Shown here piece after piece: positions 59,074 through 64,000 of a stretch of DNA of 64,000 nt. The notes below the pieces were generated by a model. The model was given only the letters and a program-made list of their open reading frames with translations, was not told the origin of the DNA and ran no database searches. The stretch is from the NCBI RefSeq assembly GCF_004322395.1, contig NZ_SCTW01000078.1:7790-71789 (forward strand), given 5' to 3'. This DNA is from Methylobacter sp. (GTDB lineage: Bacteria; Pseudomonadota; Gammaproteobacteria; Methylococcales; Methylomonadaceae). The translations under genes were made by a program, and so were the position numbers. Position 1 is the first letter of the stretch, and every line of letters begins with the position of its first letter.

Positions 59074-60384
59074 ATGGAACTCAACATAATCAATTTTATT
59101 AAAGACGATATATGGCTGTTACACGAAGAGAAACTTCCGCCGTTTAAAGCAAAAATAATCAAATTGATAAAAATAATAATGTTATCCGTCCAAGGCTTCT
59201 CCCGTGATTTGTGTTCGCTACGAGCAACAGCATTAACACTTTATACCCTGTTGTCGATAGTGCCCATCATCGCGATGCTGTTTGGTATTGCCAAGGGTTT
59301 CGGCCTTGAAAAAATGATGAAACAACGACTAATCGAACAAATACCTAGCCAGGAAACTATGGTATTACAATTAATCAATTTTGCACAAAATCTACTGGAA
59401 AGTGCTCAAGGAGAGGTTGTTGCCGGGACTGGTATTATTATTTTGCTTTGGACCATTATAAAAGTAATTAACGATATTGAAGATTCATTTAACTACATTT
59501 GGAAAATAGAACAAGGTAGATCAATAGGCCGTAAATTCAGCGATTATTTATCTCTAATGTTTTTAGCTCCAATTATATTAATAACTTCCGGCAGCATTAC
59601 AGTCTTCCTCCAAACACAGCTAACTTGGTTAATAAACGCTATTCAGCTGCCAGAAATTGGTGTGTGGCTGGTTATTAGGGCGCTAAGTTTACTGCCTTTG
59701 GTACTTATGACAGGACTATTTGCCTTCACGTTTGTTTTTATGCCTAACCATAAAATCAATTACAAGGCCGGCATAATTGCCGGTCTAGTTACAGCTATTA
59801 TGTATACTTTTGTGCAGTGGACTTATCTAAGATTGCAGATCGGCGTATCAACTTATAATGCAATTTATGGCAGTTTTGCAGCATTACCGTTATTTGTTGT
59901 CTGGTTACAAATCGGCTGGATGATTGTTTTATTCGGTTGTGAAATAGCTTTTTTTTTACAGAATTATGAAAATTATCGGCACAGTAGCGAGTTTTCTAAC
60001 TTAAGCTTTTCCATGAAAAAAGTCATTGCACTCCAAGTCACTCATTTGATTATTAAAAATTTCATTCCTCTAAATAATCCCTTAACCGCAGCCCAAATAG
60101 CTAAAAATTTGGGTATACCGATAGCCATTATTCAATCGATTTTATTAAAGTTAATGGCAAGCCATATTATTGTCGAGTTTAAAAACCAGGACGAGTATGA
60201 GATCTATCAGCCTGCTGTCGATGTCAATAGACTCACTATTTCTTACGTTGTTAATGCATTGGAACAGTGTGGGCAAAACCATTTACCGGGTATTGATCAG
60301 GATCAGCTGCTTATGAATGCCGTCAATAGTTTCAGAAAAATGATCGAAACCTCCGAACAAGATCATTTATTGAAAGATATCTAG
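59074..60384 (+). CDS. YihY/BrkB family membrane protein with C-terminal HTH
   Basis: ALTLYTLLSIVP, IEDSFNYIWK, YNAIYGSFAALP, WMIVLFG; helical C-domain TAAQIAKNLG. Confidence 0.88.
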   Translation: MELNIINFIKDDIWLLHEEKLPPFKAKIIKLIKIIMLSVQGFSRDLCSLRATALTLYTLLSIVPIIAMLFGIAKGFGLEKMMKQRLIEQIPSQETMVLQLINFAQNLLESAQGEVVAGTGIIILLWTIIKVINDIEDSFNYIWKIEQGRSIGRKFSDYLSLMFLAPIILITSGSITVFLQTQLTWLINAIQLPEIGVWLVIRALSLLPLVLMTGLFAFTFVFMPNHKINYKAGIIAGLVTAIMYTFVQWTYLRLQIGVSTYNAIYGSFAALPLFVVWLQIGWMIVLFGCEIAFFLQNYENYRHSSEFSNLSFSMKKVIALQVTHLIIKNFIPLNNPLTAAQIAKNLGIPIAIIQSILLKLMASHIIVEFKNQDEYEIYQPAVDVNRLTISYVVNALEQCGQNHLPGIDQDQLLMNAVNSFRKMIETSEQDHLLKDI

Positions 60385-60501
60385 CAGTCAGTCATGTTGA
60401 ACCGATGCGATAGAATATTGTAACGGCTTCAATCGGCTAACTATTATTTGTATATGGAAAAGTGTTGGCACATCAAACGTATTCAGAAAAAAGGAAAATT
60501 A

Positions 60502-61416
60502 ATGAGAATTCTATTGCTGTTTGCTTTATTCATGGTATCTGTACAAACTACGGCTGCCACCGTTTTGCCGGTTAAAGAAATTACTACTGGCGTGTATGTG
60601 CATTTCGGCAAACATCAATTCCCAGACAGCAAAAACCACGGCGAAATCGCCAATCTTGGTTTTATTGTCGGACAAAAATGCGTGGCGGTCATTGATAGCG
60701 GCGGCAATCCGGAGCAGGGTCTAGCTTTAAAACAAGCCGTTACCGAAACCACACAGACACCGATCTGTTATGTGATTAACACTCATGTCCATCCCGACCA
60801 TATCAACGGCAACAGCGCTTTCAAAGCGGCCGGCGTCAAGTTAGTCGGCCACCATAAACTAGCCAGAGCGATGTCGGCGCGCGGCTCTTACTACTTGGAC
60901 AAAGCCGCCGATCAATTAGGCGTCAAAATGAGTGCTGCCGATTTGATTCCCCCCGATATTGAAGTCAAAGACAGCATGAAACTGGACTTGGGCGGGCGGA
61001 CTTTAGTGTTGAAAGCCCATCCTACCGCGCATACCGATAATGACTTGACCGTCTATGATGAAAAAACCAATACCATCTGGCTATCGGATTTATTGTTTAC
61101 CGAGCATGTGCCAACGTTGGACGGCAGCTTAAAAGGCTGGCTTTCAGAAATCGACAAACTGGAAAAACAGTCTTTTCATTATGTGATTCCGGGACACGGC
61201 GAGTTAGTCACGGATTGGCCGCAGAGTATGCAAGCGCAAAAGCATTATTTAACCTTGTTACTCACTGAAATTCGCGCCGCAATCAAAAAAGGCCAGCATT
61301 TGGAAGACGCCGTGCAAACCGTTGGCTATTCAGAGAAAAACAATTGGGCTTTATTCGATGACTATCACCGTAAAAATGTCACCACCGCTTTTGCCGAATT
61401 AGAATGGGAAGATTAA
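60502..61416 (+). CDS. Secreted MBL-fold metallohydrolase (quinoprotein relay system type, SoxH-like)
   Basis: Signal peptide from ATG 60502; ANLGFIVG, THVHPDH, AHTDND, SDLLF, PGHG, FAELEWE terminus. Confidence 0.82.
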   Translation: MRILLLFALFMVSVQTTAATVLPVKEITTGVYVHFGKHQFPDSKNHGEIANLGFIVGQKCVAVIDSGGNPEQGLALKQAVTETTQTPICYVINTHVHPDHINGNSAFKAAGVKLVGHHKLARAMSARGSYYLDKAADQLGVKMSAADLIPPDIEVKDSMKLDLGGRTLVLKAHPTAHTDNDLTVYDEKTNTIWLSDLLFTEHVPTLDGSLKGWLSEIDKLEKQSFHYVIPGHGELVTDWPQSMQAQKHYLTLLLTEIRAAIKKGQHLEDAVQTVGYSEKNNWALFDDYHRKNVTTAFAELEWED

Positions 61417-61475
61417 CCGGCTGCATGCATTAATTGTTAACACCCCGCAAAGCTAAAACAAAATAGGAAAAAGCA

Positions 61476-62309
61476 ATGAAATACTCAAAACTATTACCGA
61501 CAATCTTCATCACGACATTATTACCGATTGCCGCTATCGCCGCTGAAGATGAAAAAATTTGGAACAACGTCTTGAAACCTGAATACTTTGCCGGGCAAGC
61601 GATTGAAGAGTCCGACAATATTATTGAACTTGAAGCGCCTGTACGTGCAGAAGATCCAGCATTAGTGCCTATTAAAGTCACCAGCAAAGTCAAACAAACC
61701 AAAGAACACTACATCAAAAAAATCCTGGTGTTGGTAGATAATAATCCTTTTCCGTTTGTCGGTGAATTTGAGTTTACCCCGGAAAGCGGCAAAGCCGATA
61801 TAGCGATGCGGATACGCGTTAACAGCAACAGCAATATCCGCGCGATTGCGCAAATTAACGACGGCAAATTGATGATGACTAAAAAATTCGTCAAAGCCAG
61901 CGGCGGCTGTTCCGCACCGATCGGCGCCAATCTGGATGAAGCCATGAGCCGCTTGGGGAAAATAAAATTCAGGCTGGAAAACGAAGTCAAAGCCGGCGAG
62001 CCGAACCTAGTGCAGTTAATGATCAGTCATCCCAATATTACCGGCATGCAAATGGATCAAGTGACACGATTTGTTAAAAAATCGCATTTCGTTAAGGACG
62101 TGAAAGTGACGTTCAACGGCAAACCGGTTTTAACCGCGAAAACCGATATTGCGATTAGCGCCGACCCGAATTTCAGGTTCTATTTCGTGCCGGAAAAAGC
62201 GGGCGATTTAAAAGCCGAAGTGACCGATACCTCTTGCGAACTGCCGACCAAGAGGGATGTTTGCGCTAAGGGCAATACTTATACCGAGACGTTTAAGGTT
62301 CAGCCGTAG
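61476..62309 (+). CDS. Fused SoxYZ-like carrier protein (quinoprotein dehydrogenase-associated type)
   Basis: Signal peptide; APVRAEDPALVP, LVDNNPFP, VKASGGCSAP (SoxY-like), then ISHPNITGMQMDQ and ISADPNFRF (SoxZ-like). Confidence 0.85.
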   Translation: MKYSKLLPTIFITTLLPIAAIAAEDEKIWNNVLKPEYFAGQAIEESDNIIELEAPVRAEDPALVPIKVTSKVKQTKEHYIKKILVLVDNNPFPFVGEFEFTPESGKADIAMRIRVNSNSNIRAIAQINDGKLMMTKKFVKASGGCSAPIGANLDEAMSRLGKIKFRLENEVKAGEPNLVQLMISHPNITGMQMDQVTRFVKKSHFVKDVKVTFNGKPVLTAKTDIAISADPNFRFYFVPEKAGDLKAEVTDTSCELPTKRDVCAKGNTYTETFKVQP

Positions 62310-62386
62310 TTTTTAAAATTAAGTATTGCAAGTTCATCCTATTCTGTTAGCCATGCTAAAGAATCAATAGTCAGTCGATTATCATG

Positions 62387-62411
62387 GATATACAATAAAA
62401 ATTTGTATATC
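62387..62411. promoter_or_regulatory. Putative TA autorepression operator
   Basis: GATATACAA-N7-TTGTATATC, 21 bp upstream of the antitoxin ATG. Confidence 0.6.
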
Positions 62412-62432
62412 TTTCAAATATAGGAGTCCGTC

Positions 62433-62666
62433 ATGCAAGTTGCAAAATGGGGTAATAGCTTGGCCGTAAGATTGCCTGCGTCGGTTGTTGAAGCGCTTCA
62501 GCTTAAAGAAGGCGATGACATCGAGATTCATGTTGCCGGTGAGCGGGTTTTCGAACTTGAGAAGAAACCCAGTCCGCAAGAGTTGTTAGCCCGATTGCGC
62601 AAATATCGAGGCCGTTTACCCGCCGATTTCAAGTTCGACCGCTTGGAAGCTCATGAAAACCGATAG
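62433..62666 (+). CDS. vapB: AbrB/MazE-type antitoxin (VapB)
   Basis: KWGNSLAVRLP...LKEGD; overlaps the PIN toxin gene. Confidence 0.9.
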   Translation: MQVAKWGNSLAVRLPASVVEALQLKEGDDIEIHVAGERVFELEKKPSPQELLARLRKYRGRLPADFKFDRLEAHENR

Positions 62667-63063
62667 GCCGTTTTTCGATACCAATGTTTTATTGTATTTA
62701 CTGTCGGAAGATAGCGCCAAAGCAGACCGGGCTGAAGCAATTATTGCTTCAGCCGGCATCATAAGCGTTCAAGTACTCAATGAATTTGCCTCGGTTGCAT
62801 TTCGAAAACTTGGCATGAGCTATGCCGAAATACGCGATATGTTGGGAACGATACGCGCCGTGTGTCAAACCCAAGCGCTGACCGTCGATACCCATGACCG
62901 GGGGCTGGATATTGCGGAGCGATTCGGTTTTTCTTTGTACGACAGTATGATCGTCAGCTCGGCTCTCGAATCTGGTTGTTCTATTCTGTATTCGGAAAAT
63001 ATGCAGCATGGTCAAGAAATCGATGGGCAATTAGTGGTTATAAATCCTTTTTTGGATAATTAA
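62653..63063 (+). CDS. vapC: PIN domain toxin (VapC)
   Basis: FFDTNVLLY, QVLNEF, SLYDSMIV, LYSENMQHG, INPF. Confidence 0.9.
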   Translation: MKTDRPFFDTNVLLYLLSEDSAKADRAEAIIASAGIISVQVLNEFASVAFRKLGMSYAEIRDMLGTIRAVCQTQALTVDTHDRGLDIAERFGFSLYDSMIVSSALESGCSILYSENMQHGQEIDGQLVVINPFLDN

Positions 63064-63132
63064 GAAAGAACTAATGGGCTTGCATTGTGATGTGTTCTTA
63101 ACACCTATCAGTTTTAGCGATAATGCCCAATA

Positions 63133-63364
63133 CGTCGTTCCGGCAGGGATACATGTCAGGCTTCCTACCTGACACCCTTCGGGTTAATGCAAATACGTTC
63201 CAGACGGATTTGTGCCGGAATCCACGACTGCACGGATGCAGGAGGTAGAGCACCAACAGTAGGCGCTTTAGGCGGCGCAGGAGCAGTTGCCGAGAAGCCA
63301 GGGATGGCAAGGCTCAGATCACATCCATGTGTCCTGGATACCGGCAGTCCATGCCGGTATGACG
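63133..63364. mobile_element. Composite/nested MITE-like palindromic element
   Basis: Imperfect terminal inverted repeats CGTCGTTCCGGCAGGGAT and GGATACCGGCAGTCCATGCCGGTATGACG. The left hairpin appears interrupted by a ~60-bp insert. Right end is repeated at 35871-35896. Confidence 0.6.
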
Positions 63365-63492
63365 AGCTATTTAAACAAAGTGATAGGTGGTGAGGTGATG
63401 TGTTTTCCCATGTTGACTGTGCCGTCGAGCGCGATTAATATTGCACGAAGTAACTCGTTTCACTCCCTAATTGGTTTACCAGGAAAAAATCT

Positions 63493-63825
63493 ATGAAGTC
63501 AGCGATTGGAAGATGGATGACGGTTGTTTTCATCAGCTCTCTTATTTTGGGTTGCTCGAGTATACGTGCCAGGACCGAAACCCCTGATAAGAAGTGGACG
63601 GTCTATCCCGGTATTCGGCAGGACATAAAAGATACAAGCGGAGTATTCAGCGACAAGAACTCGGACCCGGGTTGGGTCAAGGGGATGGTGACAACGATGC
63701 TTATTTTGGATCTGCCTTTCTCGGCCGTGTTCGACACGGTTGTGATGCCTTATGATCTCTATCGGATTTATGTGCCGAACTCCTCTGAAGAGAACGCGGT
63801 AAAAGGGCAGCGCAATTCGCCATGA
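63493..63825 (+). CDS. YceK/YidQ family lipoprotein
   Basis: Lipobox ILGC, VYPG, LDLPFSAVFDTVVMPYD. Confidence 0.82.
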   Translation: MKSAIGRWMTVVFISSLILGCSSIRARTETPDKKWTVYPGIRQDIKDTSGVFSDKNSDPGWVKGMVTTMLILDLPFSAVFDTVVMPYDLYRIYVPNSSEENAVKGQRNSP

Positions 63826-63923
63826 TCGGAGATAATTTGGCCTTTGTTCAGACTTTTTTTGTCGAGTGTATTAGGACATTGCTCGTTGATTGCGGAAAAT
63901 GCTTGATACCCTCAAGAGCACAA

Positions 63924-63954
63924 GTGCGCTTCACTGCGTTCAGCACATCCTAAC
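63924..63954. repeat. Single degenerate REP-like unit
   Basis: GTGCGCTTCACTGCGTTCAGCACATCCTAAC; reverse complement resembles GTAGGATGTGCTGAACGCAGTGAAGCG. Confidence 0.4.
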
Positions 63955-64000
63955 AATAGTTGCTCGCCACAGATTCTCTTTGATTCTTCAAAAGACTTTT

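Noticed and set aside
1-64000. CRISPR array, tRNA/rRNA, prophage or autonomous transposase
   Set aside because: No regularly spaced repeat-spacer array, RNA-gene signature, phage structural gene, integrase or RAYT/DDE ORF seen on manual reading.

Overview
Chromosomal window from a gammaproteobacterium, probably a Methylococcales methanotroph such as Methylobacter. That taxon call is inferred from gene content and recalled repeat families; no database search was run. Core genes: ettA (5' part), dnaE, an sbcC without an adjacent sbcD, and the rne/rluC/HAD/S49 block plus bepA. Signalling genes: a hybrid kinase, a CHASE-PAS-GAF-GGDEF-EAL protein, a PepSY/PhoPQ-like pair and a REC-CheC-DGC cassette. 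Other loci: a PhoX-like phosphatase with a Pho-box-like promoter; an ABC/HlyD/TolC exporter; a narK(fused)-narGHJI-nirK denitrification cluster with a divergent porin; a TonB receptor of a type I associate with PQQ/lanthanide methylotrophy loci; ZIP and GDT1 metal transporters; a metallohydrolase plus SoxYZ-like 'quinoprotein relay' pair; and vapBC. No rRNA, tRNA, CRISPR array or intact transposase was seen. Best leads: (1) a candidate ~170-nt sRNA at 53260-53432 with its own promoter, GGA-loop hairpins, AAN tracts and terminator; (2) the nar-nirK cluster, with palindromic repeats at most gene junctions, one of them translated in frame in the NarG tail; (3) the quinoprotein relay and TonB receptor genes; (4) a DARS-like inverted DnaA-box pair. 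Family assignments rest on motifs read by eye.
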